This document shows positions 28,597 through 38,458 of a stretch of 64,000 bases of DNA, piece by piece. A model generated the notes under the pieces. It saw only the letters and a list, made by a program, of their open reading frames with translations. It was not told the DNA's origin and searched no databases. How positions within the stretch are numbered: the first letter of the stretch is position 1; each line of letters begins with the position of its first letter. Made by a program: the position numbers and the translations under genes. The stretch is from Desulfomonilia bacterium (GTDB taxonomy: Bacteria; Desulfobacterota; Desulfomonilia; UBA1062), in assembly GCA_963664325.2 (NCBI GenBank), contig CAXXDQ010000009.1, positions 12,871 to 76,870 on the forward strand, given 5' to 3'.

Positions 28597-30867
28597 ATGA
28601 GAAAACTGGTGGTTTCCGGTTCACTTATTATTATCCTTTTGTCCCAGTTCGCCTGCGGCAAAAGCCCTGAAGAAAGAAGGGCCGATTACCTTGTGAGTGC
28701 GGATAAATATGCAGCGCAAAACAAATACGCCGAGGCCGCCATTCAGTATCAGAATGCGTTAAAGATAGCGCCGGACGACGCCACAACACTCATAAAACTC
28801 GGTGAACTCCAGCTTATCCAGCAGAAGCCGGGAGAGGCCTTTGGTTCGTTCAGCAATGCATCGAAGATCGACCCCAAAAACACTAAGGCGCATTCAAATC
28901 TCGCGACTATTTATCTGCTGGCCAAGAAATACGATGACGCATCCAGGGAAGCAAATATTATACTCGGCATAGACCCGGCAAACACGCGCGCAAAAGAAAT
29001 CCTCGCGCAGTGCCTTTTTCTCTCAGGGAAGAAGGACGAGGCCCTTAATATGCTTCAGGATATGATTGCAAAGGAACAGGCGGGCGAAGGCATGTTTATT
29101 GATGCCATTCAGATTCTCTATGACACGGGCAACCTGGATGAGGCGCTGAAACTTGTCGATTCGGGATTCAGGAAATTCCCTTCTTCAATAGGAATAAGGA
29201 TGGTTTCAAGCCAGATATACCTGGCAAAAAACCAGCCCGATATGGCAAAAAAAATGGCTGAGGATGCTTACAGCCTGTCGAATGGCGATATCAATTCCGG
29301 ACTTTTCCTTGCCGGTTTTGCTGCTAAAAACAACTTGCCTGACAGATTCGCCGGTGTGATAGCCGAGATGAAATTGAAATATCCGAATGACTACAGGATT
29401 TACCTCCTAGAAGCGGAGGAAGCCAGGAAAAAGAAAGATACCGATAAGGCGATCATATCTGCAAAAAAAGCACTCGAGCTGAATTACTCGGAACAGACTG
29501 TCGCACTCCTGACTGAACTTTATTCGCTGAAAGGTGACAATGATCTGGCAATCGACACGGTCAGCAAAGCCGTCACAATGTTCCCCTCATCCGTCTCCCT
29601 GAAAATCATTCTTACACGGCAGCTTTTAATCAAGGGAGATGTCGACAAAGCTCTTCAGACCCTTGACCCATTGATGAAGTCCATGCCGGAAAACCCTGAT
29701 ATTGCAATGCTTGCGGCAAGGATCTACATGCAGAAAGGGGAGAGGGAAAAGGCGCGTTCGTTTATAGAGAATGCCCTGAACAACAAGAAGGATGACCCGA
29801 GACTGCATGCGATGCTTGCGTCCATATATTTTAAAAGCGCGGAATACAGGAGCGCACTTGCAGAGGTCGAGATAACTCATAAAACTGGCTCTTCCTCGGT
29901 GGAGCTGCTGAATATAGGCGTTATATCGGCATTGAACCTGGGACAGACCGATAAGGCGCTCATGTATATTCAATTGTTAAAAAAGGCCGCACCTCAGGAA
30001 TGGGCTACCGCATATTCAGAAATAACATATTTTCTCTATATGAAAGACAGCAGATCAGCTTTCAAATTAGCGGAAAGAGCGGTCAGGACATGGCCCGACA
30101 AAATGGAAGCGCTGACAGTATATGCACAGACCGGCTCTGATACAATAGGACCGGCCGCCACCATCCAGAGAATCAGTTCCATATGCGCTAAAACCAGATC
30201 TGCGAACTGCATGCTTGTTCTCTCTGCGCTTTTTGAAAAAGCCGGAATGAAAAACGATGCGCTGGCAAAAATCAAGGGGGCCATCGAGCAATATCCCGAC
30301 AGGCAGGATCTCTACTACGCCCTTGCAGACTTCTATGCCCGGAACGGCATGATCGACCTTGCAATTGCGGAATTCAAGAATTTGCTCAACAAGAAACCGG
30401 ATGACCTCAAGTCGGCCATCATGCTTGCCCTGCTCCTTAATGACAAAGGGGATATTGAGAACGCCGAAAAAACCTATTCGTACATCCTGGAAAGAGACCC
30501 TTCAAACAGGATCGCAGCCAACAATCTGGCCTGGATACTTGCCGGACGCGGAAAGAAAGCCGACCTCGACAAGGCCATGGACCTTGCCACAAAAGCAAGG
30601 AGGTCGGACCCGGAAAATCCTTCAATTGCCGACACCCTTGGTTACATTTACCTTCAGAAAGGCATGACAACCAATGCAAAAAACCAGTTCCTCATGGCAC
30701 TGGACAAGAATCCCGATGAACCTTCTTTCAACTATCACATGGCGCAGGCCCTTGTTAAAGAAGGCAAGAAAAAGGAAGCGGCGGTATATCTCAGAACAGC
30801 CTTGAAAACTCCGTCATTCAGTGAAAAGCCAGATGCGCAGAAACTGCTGAAAAATATTGGCGGTTAA
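28597..30867 (+). CDS. TPR-repeat lipoprotein (PrsT-like, EPS/PEP-CTERM-associated)
   Basis: Lipobox QFAC, EAAIQYQNALK, many TPRs, C-terminal NNLAWIL..DTLGYIY..YHMAQAL; GGAGG RBS before ATG 28597. Confidence 0.8.
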   Translation: MRKLVVSGSLIIILLSQFACGKSPEERRADYLVSADKYAAQNKYAEAAIQYQNALKIAPDDATTLIKLGELQLIQQKPGEAFGSFSNASKIDPKNTKAHSNLATIYLLAKKYDDASREANIILGIDPANTRAKEILAQCLFLSGKKDEALNMLQDMIAKEQAGEGMFIDAIQILYDTGNLDEALKLVDSGFRKFPSSIGIRMVSSQIYLAKNQPDMAKKMAEDAYSLSNGDINSGLFLAGFAAKNNLPDRFAGVIAEMKLKYPNDYRIYLLEAEEARKKKDTDKAIISAKKALELNYSEQTVALLTELYSLKGDNDLAIDTVSKAVTMFPSSVSLKIILTRQLLIKGDVDKALQTLDPLMKSMPENPDIAMLAARIYMQKGEREKARSFIENALNNKKDDPRLHAMLASIYFKSAEYRSALAEVEITHKTGSSSVELLNIGVISALNLGQTDKALMYIQLLKKAAPQEWATAYSEITYFLYMKDSRSAFKLAERAVRTWPDKMEALTVYAQTGSDTIGPAATIQRISSICAKTRSANCMLVLSALFEKAGMKNDALAKIKGAIEQYPDRQDLYYALADFYARNGMIDLAIAEFKNLLNKKPDDLKSAIMLALLLNDKGDIENAEKTYSYILERDPSNRIAANNLAWILAGRGKKADLDKAMDLATKARRSDPENPSIADTLGYIYLQKGMTTNAKNQFLMALDKNPDEPSFNYHMAQALVKEGKKKEAAVYLRTALKTPSFSEKPDAQKLLKNIGG

Positions 30868-30869
30868 GA

Positions 30870-31556
30870 TCAGATACACAGGATCGCGGCGGCGGCAACT
30901 GCAGCCGCCAGGGTCCTTAATATTGTTCCTCCCATGTTTACAGGAGCAAATCCGCATTTACTAAACAGCGCAATTTCCTGTTCAGTAAATCCCCCTTCAG
31001 GCCCGATCATAAAACACATCTCTTCCTCCCTGATGTCCAGTATGCCGGTCTCCCCTTTAATTGACGCAAAATATCTCCTGGTGAACCTTGACTCGGACAA
31101 TTTAGCAAATTCAGGCAGGGCAGCTATTGGTTCCAGTCTCGGAAAAGTCCTTCTCTGAGACTGCTTCATGGATTCCATGATAATGTCTTCCCACCTTTTC
31201 ATTCTTGCCAGGCTGACGGCCCTTATATTCGACCTTTCGGCAATAACCGGACTGATGCTTTCCACACCCAGTTCCGAAGCAAACCTGATCGCGTCGTCCA
31301 TTTCCCTTAAGTCAATAAGCGATATTCCGATGTGCACCCTGGCTTTTCCCCTGTTGCAGAGCGTCTGCCTTTCTATTATCTCAAGGCTGATTTCATTTCT
31401 AGTAATGGCGGTAATTTTCGCCTTAAATCCTTCCGTCCCTTCACGTATAAGAATTTCATCTCCCGAACGCTTTCTCAAAGGGCCGGTAATATGCTTTACA
31501 TCCCGGCCTGAAATCAGTGCTGTCCCACCTGTCACGTCCGCAAAGAACCGGGGCAT
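30870..31556 (-). CDS. rsmE: 16S rRNA m3U1498 methyltransferase
   Basis: MPRFF, ELGV, MKQSQR, IGPEGGF, ILRT. Confidence 0.9.
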   Translation of the reverse strand: MPRFFADVTGGTALISGRDVKHITGPLRKRSGDEILIREGTEGFKAKITAITRNEISLEIIERQTLCNRGKARVHIGISLIDLREMDDAIRFASELGVESISPVIAERSNIRAVSLARMKRWEDIIMESMKQSQRRTFPRLEPIAALPEFAKLSESRFTRRYFASIKGETGILDIREEEMCFMIGPEGGFTEQEIALFSKCGFAPVNMGGTILRTLAAAVAAAAILCI

Positions 31557-31568
31557 TTCAGGAAAACC

Positions 31569-32564
31569 TCATATGGACATTTCCTTCAGATAGGCAGCCG
31601 CCTTTTCCGGCGGAGTAGAATTTATATACAGGTCCGAACCCCATTCGAACCCGGTCAGAGGCACCAGCCTGGGCAGGATTTCAATGTGCCAGTGGTAATA
31701 GGAAGCGCAGTCCATCGAAAACGGGGACGTATGAATCCCGTAGTTGTAGGGCGGCATCCCGAGCGCGCTGTCAATCCTCTTCATGACATCGGTGAATATC
31801 ATGGCCATTTCCTTTATCTCCCCCGGCTCCACGTCCTCGAATCTGGATACGTGCCTTTTCGGCAGTATCCAGGTCTCAAACGGGACCCTGGGAGCAAAAG
31901 GTTCAAAGGCGACAAAATCCCTGGTCTCCGAAACAAGCCTTATCCCCTGTTGAAGCTCCTGCCTTAAAATATCGCAGAAAATGCAGCGCTCCTTGTATTC
32001 GTAATGCTTTTCCGCTCCCTCTATCTCTTCAAGAACTCCCCTGGGAATAATTGGGAGGCCCATAAGCAGGGAATACTGGTGCTCAAGAGTCGCCCCTGCA
32101 TTCGATCCTGAATTTTTATAAATGAGCGCATATCTCAGGCGGCTGTCGCGCTTCAGATCGACAAGCCTGTCGCGATATGCCCAGAAGAGATTCTCCATCT
32201 CCGCCAGGCCCATGCCCGACTGCCTTATACCGTGCCTTGGCGTTTCTATTATGACTTCATTTGCCCCGATCCCTGATATCTTGTCATAAAGGCCCTCTCC
32301 CATGCGTTTAAGGTCTTCTTCCACGACAAGCACCGGGCTTCTGTTCGGGACCACCCTTAGATTCCAGCCGGGGCTGTTCGGAAGCGATCCGCCGGGCCTG
32401 TTGGCAAGAATCTCGGGCGGACACATATGTTCATTTCCCGGGCAGAACGGACATGTAAGGTCGTCTTTTACCGCCTGATCCGCGACGATATTCGGGGTTC
32501 TCGTAGCGGAATCGGTTATGATCACCCATCTGTCTATTACCGGGTCTTTTCTCAGTTCCGACAT
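31569..32564 (-). CDS. galT: GalT-like nucleotidylyltransferase with altered active-site motif
   Basis: MSELRKDP..WVII, CPFCPGNE, CIFCD, PFETWILPK, YHWHIEILPRL; the HxHxQ motif reads HQYSL. Confidence 0.8.
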   Translation of the reverse strand: MSELRKDPVIDRWVIITDSATRTPNIVADQAVKDDLTCPFCPGNEHMCPPEILANRPGGSLPNSPGWNLRVVPNRSPVLVVEEDLKRMGEGLYDKISGIGANEVIIETPRHGIRQSGMGLAEMENLFWAYRDRLVDLKRDSRLRYALIYKNSGSNAGATLEHQYSLLMGLPIIPRGVLEEIEGAEKHYEYKERCIFCDILRQELQQGIRLVSETRDFVAFEPFAPRVPFETWILPKRHVSRFEDVEPGEIKEMAMIFTDVMKRIDSALGMPPYNYGIHTSPFSMDCASYYHWHIEILPRLVPLTGFEWGSDLYINSTPPEKAAAYLKEMSI

Positions 32565-34609
32565 ATCTCACCCGCGTGAAGCACAAGCTCAGGCATACCG
32601 GCGCTTATGCGTCTGATGAAATACATGCACCAGCCCTGAAAAGTCTTTTCAAAACCGGACTCGCTCTGGGAAGCGCATTCAATCGGCAGCAGCACGATTT
32701 CCCAGACGGAATCCGATTCAATACACACCGACAGATTATTTTCCGGGTCATTAAACACAATGCTTCTCCCGGTAAAAATCCCCCTGTCGCTTATTTCTCC
32801 GGCATCCTTTATTAAAGGCTTTTCAGGCATCATGATGTTCATTTCAACGGCTATGAACATATCACCGGCCGCTTCCCCGGCGAAGTCCTGCTTAAGCCTT
32901 ATTGAGCCGTTCGGATCAAAGACGAGCGTCTTTGATATATTTAACCCTTCCTCGATCGCCGAGAATTTAACCTTTAGAGCCTCATTTTCTTCTGACATGC
33001 GCTCAAGCCTGTAGGCCTTCAAAGCAGCCATCGGAGCGTTAGGCTTCATGCCCTTTAAAAGGCTTCCCGCATCAGGCCTGCCATTTATAATATGCGTAAT
33101 GAAGCAGTTCCTTGAATAGGTGTCATACACAAGGAGGCTCTTGAGCTCATCCGATGTGACAAATGCGATGTCATGTATTGAAAGCGGTTTTTCACCGCCG
33201 CCGTGATGATCATGCGATTCCGATGAACCCAGTATCTTGTCGTGGTAGATTTCGTTGTGCCTCATCATTACATTCGTAATGCAGCGCTCTGTTGGCTTGT
33301 GCTCTATTCCGAAGACAGAAGCGCTTTCATCGGGTGATATGATGCAGTTGATAACCCTGCCTGAAACGAGAATCTCATCATTGCCGTCAAGGTCATAGTC
33401 ACAGCACTCGACTATATAGGGCCTGTCTTTAAGCCTTATCCTGTCAACAATTTTCTCCGCCCTGAGGAGGTTTTCATAAATGGCATTTCTCAGTATATCA
33501 AGATATACGCCGCCGAACAGGCCATGCCAGTAGCCGCAGTTGCACTGTGCCATAAAAAGATGCCTTAATGCCGTTTCATCAGCGCCATATTCTCTGACAA
33601 GCCGGCTGATCCTGAGCATCTTTTTGTGCATCCTGTTGCTCTCGGGATATTTGGCAAAAAAATTGTCCCACATGCCGCCCCTTAAAAAACCCCTTTTCGA
33701 ATTCCAGTTCCACGAATTTTTTTCTTCTTTAACAATCCTGCCGTAAAGCCTGCCCTGTTCCGGGAACAGGCTCCATTCCATCATTTCCTGGTAAGATGCA
33801 GAGGGAAGGTAAATAAGTCCTCTGGGGGAATGGCTTTCGAGAACATCGTTTAATGTCACGACCTCAATGTCATTGCTTCTGCTCATCGCCTCCATGAACC
33901 TCTCAAGCCACCTGTCCTCATAAACCCACTTGAGGGTACCGGGCCACATCCCGAATTTCTCCCCGTCATCTCCGTAGGTAACCGCTTCAACCCCTCTGTC
34001 CCTGAGGCCCAGCAGATAACCGATTATTTCATCGGGTTCCTTGAACGGAATCAGGTATCTCAGACGCATGTCTATCGGAAAAACCTTTAGGCTTGAGCCG
34101 TCCCTCTCCGTTATAAAATACCCGTGGACGTCTTCGGGTTTGAGCCCTGCTGCGAGGAAGTGCGTATCGTCCAGAAGCGTGTATTTTATCCCCGACCCTG
34201 ATATTTTCTGTGGAAGAGACGGGTCCCATACCCTTTCCGTGCACCATATCCCGCCCGGTTTCACGCCGAATTTTTTTTGAAAAAAATCACAGCCCATCCC
34301 GATCTGCTTTTTCGCATCGTCCCCGGGAATGGCCGAAAGGATGGGTTCGTAGAACCCGCCTCCCATAAGCTCAACCTGCCCTTTTGAAACAAGCCCGCAC
34401 ATCAAATCGTAAAATTCCGGCTTGTTGTTTTCAAACCATTCGAGGAGCGGTCCCGTGAAATGAAGCGTGGCATGTATGTCCGGATATTCGCTCAGATATT
34501 TGAGAAAAGGCAGATAGCAGTCCCTGGCCCCCTGCTCGAACACCCTGGGATAATTTCCCACCGGCTGGTGGGAATGAATGCAAAAAGCCAGCTTTATCTT
34601 ATCAGACAT
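32552..34609 (-). CDS. GH57 alpha-amylase/4-alpha-glucanotransferase
   Basis: HSHQPVGN, GGGFYEPIL, WCTERVW, DDGEKFGMWP, SYQEMMEW, YWHGLFGG; start at MSDKIK (34609). Confidence 0.92.
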   Translation of the reverse strand: MSDKIKLAFCIHSHQPVGNYPRVFEQGARDCYLPFLKYLSEYPDIHATLHFTGPLLEWFENNKPEFYDLMCGLVSKGQVELMGGGFYEPILSAIPGDDAKKQIGMGCDFFQKKFGVKPGGIWCTERVWDPSLPQKISGSGIKYTLLDDTHFLAAGLKPEDVHGYFITERDGSSLKVFPIDMRLRYLIPFKEPDEIIGYLLGLRDRGVEAVTYGDDGEKFGMWPGTLKWVYEDRWLERFMEAMSRSNDIEVVTLNDVLESHSPRGLIYLPSASYQEMMEWSLFPEQGRLYGRIVKEEKNSWNWNSKRGFLRGGMWDNFFAKYPESNRMHKKMLRISRLVREYGADETALRHLFMAQCNCGYWHGLFGGVYLDILRNAIYENLLRAEKIVDRIRLKDRPYIVECCDYDLDGNDEILVSGRVINCIISPDESASVFGIEHKPTERCITNVMMRHNEIYHDKILGSSESHDHHGGGEKPLSIHDIAFVTSDELKSLLVYDTYSRNCFITHIINGRPDAGSLLKGMKPNAPMAALKAYRLERMSEENEALKVKFSAIEEGLNISKTLVFDPNGSIRLKQDFAGEAAGDMFIAVEMNIMMPEKPLIKDAGEISDRGIFTGRSIVFNDPENNLSVCIESDSVWEIVLLPIECASQSESGFEKTFQGWCMYFIRRISAGMPELVLHAGEICRN

Positions 34610-36716
34610 ACCACATCTTCCTTTCAAAATCCCGTCCCGGCACTTCCAGTGCAAGCAGGCCCGATGCAGGATGTCTTTCAATCTCCATTCCCGCTTCCTC
34701 CATAAGGACGAAATAAAACCTTACTTTCTGCTGGGGTTTAAGACCGAGCGCGCTGAAGCTTATCCCGAGCTCGATGCTGTCCCCGACCGCCAGTCTGCCG
34801 ATATCTTCCCGCGCGGTCTGGGGACCCCCCTCCGCCTGGAGATACATCCTTTTTTCCGCCAGATTCAGTATGACGTTTTTCGCCTTCGGGATCATGAAGC
34901 ATATCTTTATTACCGGCTTTTCGGGCAACGATACGGCCTCCAGCTTGAAATAAAGGTTTTCCTCGTCGAACCCGTAAAGGATCTTTTGTATATATCCTGA
35001 ATGCCTGTACATGCTTGACGACTCGGGCCTGGCAAGGTAGACGCCCGCCTTGCGCCATTCATAGAAATGCGTGACGTATCCGTCAATGACCGGCCTGATA
35101 AACCCGGAAGGCTCTTTCTGAGGGGCGATGTCATAAGGCGTGATTATGCTTTTGAAGAGATATTCGGGCGGGACGTCCTTATGCAGCTCATAGCAGTTCC
35201 TGAGGTGAAGCCTGAAGAGCCTGTCGAAATCACCTTTATTGAGAATGGGAAATTCGTCCCCGAACCACCAGAACCAGTCGCTGCCTTCCGCAATATATAT
35301 CTCTTCCCAGGAAAGTTCATGGGCGTCCTTTCCTTTCGTTTCGACATACCTGCGTGTCTTGGCCAGGTATTCCCAGGCCTTGCGGTCTTCATCATGGCCG
35401 ATCCAGATCGAAAAATTGTGGTTTATCCACGATCCGGTAAAGAGGTTCTCCAGTTTCTCTTTCACGGGGTTTTCAGCAAGGTAGGATGAAAACGTATCCG
35501 TTCTGATGTTCTGGGATTCGCTCAAGCCCTGATACAGCTTTCTCAAAAAGCCTTCGCCGCCGTCCGGATAGTATTCCCAAGGGTTTTCACCATCCAGGAT
35601 GATGGATATGAAAGGGTTGTAGGTATAGGTCCTGGCGCCTTTTCTTATATCTTCCAGGTGAGAAATAAAGTCGGACGCCGCAGTGTTCGACGGGTTTTTC
35701 GAATATACGAAACCTATCATATCCGAAAGCGCCCTGTCCCTGAAAAACATGCTTATCGGCGATCCGCCGTCAGAGACCCTGTACGGCCTGAACAGCTTCA
35801 CGCCCGTCCTTGATTCCCTCAGGCTCATGAAAAGGATATCCTCATCGGTTGCAGCCCATTTTATCCCGTGGCGGGAAAGGACCTCCATCATTTCCGGACA
35901 GACAGAGCCTTCGGGGGGCCATAAGCCGGCAGGGCTGTCGCCGAAGACCGTTTTGTAAAGCGCAATCGATTTCCCCAGCTGCGCTTCAAGGTCTTCGGGA
36001 TGTGAGAACCCCTCCTCCGGGAGCCTTGTTTCCATGCACCTGTGCGCATATCCGACATTCATTAGAAGGGGACTTATCGGGTGGTAGAACGGCGACGTCG
36101 TTATTTCGATTTGGCCCCTTTCTTTCGCCTTTTTGTAAAGCGGCATTATCTTCGACAGTATCTTCATGTGGAAATCGAGCACGTATCTCTTGTCATATTC
36201 GCCGAACTGCCGGCCCTTCTTGATGAGCTCGGCAATACCCGGGTCTTTCCTTCCCGTGAACCCGATCCATGTAAGGTTGAAGAGCACCTGCAGGTCCATT
36301 ATATCCTGGTCGCTGAAATCCCTGGCGAATTCATCCGTTTTTTTCCCGGTCTTCTTTTTTAGAAGCTCCTCATACCTTCTGAAAGGGGTAATCATTGTCG
36401 CCTGGTTGCATGAGAAGAACCTCTGAAGTATCTGCTTTTTCTCGTCAGGGGAAAGCTCGGCAGGCTCTTTTCCCGAAAGCACGAAGTCGATATCGGTCTG
36501 GTTGTTCCCGGTATAGTCAAGGAGCTGCGAGATAAGCGACGGGACCAGGTTGAAGGTGCATTTCACATCGGGGAAATCATCAAGCACGGCTATCATGTCG
36601 TAATAGCCCCTGACCGCATGCAGCCTCACCCAGGGCATGAGGAAAGACCCGGCAAGCGGATCCCTGTAATATGGCTGATGCATATGCCACAGGAATCCGA
36701 CGGTAATCTCGTTCAT
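34602..36716 (-). CDS. GH57 amylopullulanase-like glycoside hydrolase
   Basis: WHMHQPYY, PWVRLHA, WPPEGSV, ILDGENPWEYY, AEGSDWFWW. Confidence 0.92.
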   Translation of the reverse strand: MNEITVGFLWHMHQPYYRDPLAGSFLMPWVRLHAVRGYYDMIAVLDDFPDVKCTFNLVPSLISQLLDYTGNNQTDIDFVLSGKEPAELSPDEKKQILQRFFSCNQATMITPFRRYEELLKKKTGKKTDEFARDFSDQDIMDLQVLFNLTWIGFTGRKDPGIAELIKKGRQFGEYDKRYVLDFHMKILSKIMPLYKKAKERGQIEITTSPFYHPISPLLMNVGYAHRCMETRLPEEGFSHPEDLEAQLGKSIALYKTVFGDSPAGLWPPEGSVCPEMMEVLSRHGIKWAATDEDILFMSLRESRTGVKLFRPYRVSDGGSPISMFFRDRALSDMIGFVYSKNPSNTAASDFISHLEDIRKGARTYTYNPFISIILDGENPWEYYPDGGEGFLRKLYQGLSESQNIRTDTFSSYLAENPVKEKLENLFTGSWINHNFSIWIGHDEDRKAWEYLAKTRRYVETKGKDAHELSWEEIYIAEGSDWFWWFGDEFPILNKGDFDRLFRLHLRNCYELHKDVPPEYLFKSIITPYDIAPQKEPSGFIRPVIDGYVTHFYEWRKAGVYLARPESSSMYRHSGYIQKILYGFDEENLYFKLEAVSLPEKPVIKICFMIPKAKNVILNLAEKRMYLQAEGGPQTAREDIGRLAVGDSIELGISFSALGLKPQQKVRFYFVLMEEAGMEIERHPASGLLALEVPGRDFERKMWYV

Positions 36717-36770
36717 TTCTTTCTCCCAGACAGCGTTAAGCAATTTTATGATAATCCAAGGTCTTTTGAC

Positions 36771-36846
36771 TGGTAGCGGCGAAGGGATTTGAACCCCTGA
36801 CCCGGCGCGTATGAGACGCCTGCTCTACCAACTGAGCTACGCCGCC
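36771..36846 (-). tRNA. tRNA-Met(CAT), elongator type
   Basis: GGCGGCGTAGCTCAGTTGGTAGAGCAGGCGTCTCATACGCGCCGGGTCAGGGGTTCAAATCCCTTCGCCGCTACCA; paired G1-C72. Confidence 0.93.
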
Positions 36847-36955
36847 ACGAAGACCCCTTCTACTTAAGTCGTCTTTTTTTGTCAACAACTTTAGCCCCTT
36901 TTGCAGCCGGCTCAATTGCTTGATTATATGCGCTTCTTTGGTGTAAAGATAACCC

Positions 36956-37828
36956 ATGGCGACCGATTTTGAACCGCTCATCGAGCAGTACCGCATGTAC
37001 CTTCTGAACCAGAAGGGGCTGTCGCGCGAGACCTTCAGGGCCTATATCAACGACCTCAAGGACATGGCGGAATTCTTCACCGAAAGGGGGAGCCTCGACC
37101 GCATGGCGGTGCGCTCGTACATGATGCGCCTGCATTCAAAATTCAGGATAAACTCCATCAACCGCAAACTGAGCGCAATAAAGGGCTTCTTCGATTTCGC
37201 CGCAAAGCACTCGGACAGCTTCAGGCAGAATCCCTTTTCCCACGTGCGCTCGCTCAAACGCAAGGATGAACTGCCTTCTTTTTTAAGCCCCGAAGAGGCG
37301 GCCGATCTTATCGACGCCCAGGACGATCTCAGGGACCATGCCATACTCGAGCTTCTGTACTCGACCGGCGTACGCGTCGGCGAGGTGGAGACAATGAACT
37401 GTTCGGACATCGACCGCCACTCCGGTTTTGTCAGGGTCACGGGAAAAGGCTCGAAGCAGAGGACCGTGCCCGTTGGCAGAAAGGCGCTTGACGCGATCGA
37501 CGCCTACCTGAAGACGCGCGGCATCGCCGATGCGATATATTCAAACGAGCCGCTTTTTCTGAACAGGCGGGGAACCCGGCTCGGGTCAAGAAGCATCCGC
37601 AGAGTCGTCTACAACCGGTCCCTGGAGGCGTCAGTCCCAAGGCATATAAGCCCGCACTCGATCAGGCACAGCTTCGCATCACACATGCTCGATGCCGGGG
37701 CCGACCTCAGGTCTATTCAGGAGATGCTCGGCCATGCATCACTCTCGACAACGCAGCGCTACACCCACCTCGAGCTTGACAAGTTGATGGCTGTGTACGA
37801 CAAGTCGCATCCAAGGGCCAAGGGTTAG
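36956..37828 (+). CDS. xerC: Tyrosine recombinase XerC
   Basis: ELLYSTGVRVGE, GKGSKQR, SPHSIRHSFASHML, LGHASLSTTQRY; conserved position upstream of hslVU. Confidence 0.9.
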   Translation: MATDFEPLIEQYRMYLLNQKGLSRETFRAYINDLKDMAEFFTERGSLDRMAVRSYMMRLHSKFRINSINRKLSAIKGFFDFAAKHSDSFRQNPFSHVRSLKRKDELPSFLSPEEAADLIDAQDDLRDHAILELLYSTGVRVGEVETMNCSDIDRHSGFVRVTGKGSKQRTVPVGRKALDAIDAYLKTRGIADAIYSNEPLFLNRRGTRLGSRSIRRVVYNRSLEASVPRHISPHSIRHSFASHMLDAGADLRSIQEMLGHASLSTTQRYTHLELDKLMAVYDKSHPRAKG

Positions 37829-37924
37829 CAGAGCTTAACTAAACAGCCCTTAGCGGTAATAAACGGACGGCTTCTTGAAAACGGAGACTGCTGCTACTAA
37901 TCATCATTAGAAAGAGGAGGTTTT

Positions 37925-38458
37925 ATGGAAACTATGCACGCAACAACAATTTTATGCGTAAGGAAGGAAGGCAAGGTTGTCATAGCGGGCGACGGTCAGG
38001 TGACAATGGGCAACTCCGTCGTAAAGGCCTCTGCAAAAAAGGTGAGGAAACTCTATGAAGGCCAGGTGCTGGCAGGGTTTGCGGGCTCCACGTCGGATGC
38101 TTTCACGCTCTTTGAGCGCTTCGAGGGAAAGCTCAAGGAATACCGGGGAAACCTGGCAAGGGCCGCGGTCGAGCTGGGCAAGGACTGGCGCACCGACCGT
38201 ATATTGAGGCGGCTCGAAGCGCTCATGATAGTGGCCGATAAGGAAAAGACCCTCATGCTCTCGGGCTCCGGCGATGTCATCGACCCTGATGACGAGGTAT
38301 GCGGCATCGGCTCGGGCGGGGCGTACGCCTATGCGGCGGCCCTGTCGCTCCTGCGCAATACATCCCTTGATGCGGCCGAGATAGCGAAGAAGTCTCTGGA
38401 TATAGCATCTGATATATGCATATATACCAACAAAAATATCTCTCTCGAGGAACTCTAA
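37925..38458 (+). CDS. hslV: ATP-dependent protease peptidase subunit HslV
   Basis: [44 protein letters not shown]. Confidence 0.98.
   Translation: METMHATTILCVRKEGKVVIAGDGQVTMGNSVVKASAKKVRKLYEGQVLAGFAGSTSDAFTLFERFEGKLKEYRGNLARAAVELGKDWRTDRILRRLEALMIVADKEKTLMLSGSGDVIDPDDEVCGIGSGGAYAYAAALSLLRNTSLDAAEIAKKSLDIASDICIYTNKNISLEEL

Noticed and set aside
36956-37828. Recombinase next to tRNA-Met as an island integrase or integron integrase
   Set aside because: It lies on the 5' side of the tRNA, has XerC size and motifs without the IntI insertion, and occupies the conserved xerC-hslVU position.
37825-37900. CIRCE or sigma32 element before hslV
   Set aside because: TTAGCA has no matching second arm. 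CTTGAAA is present but the -10 element is too poor to call.
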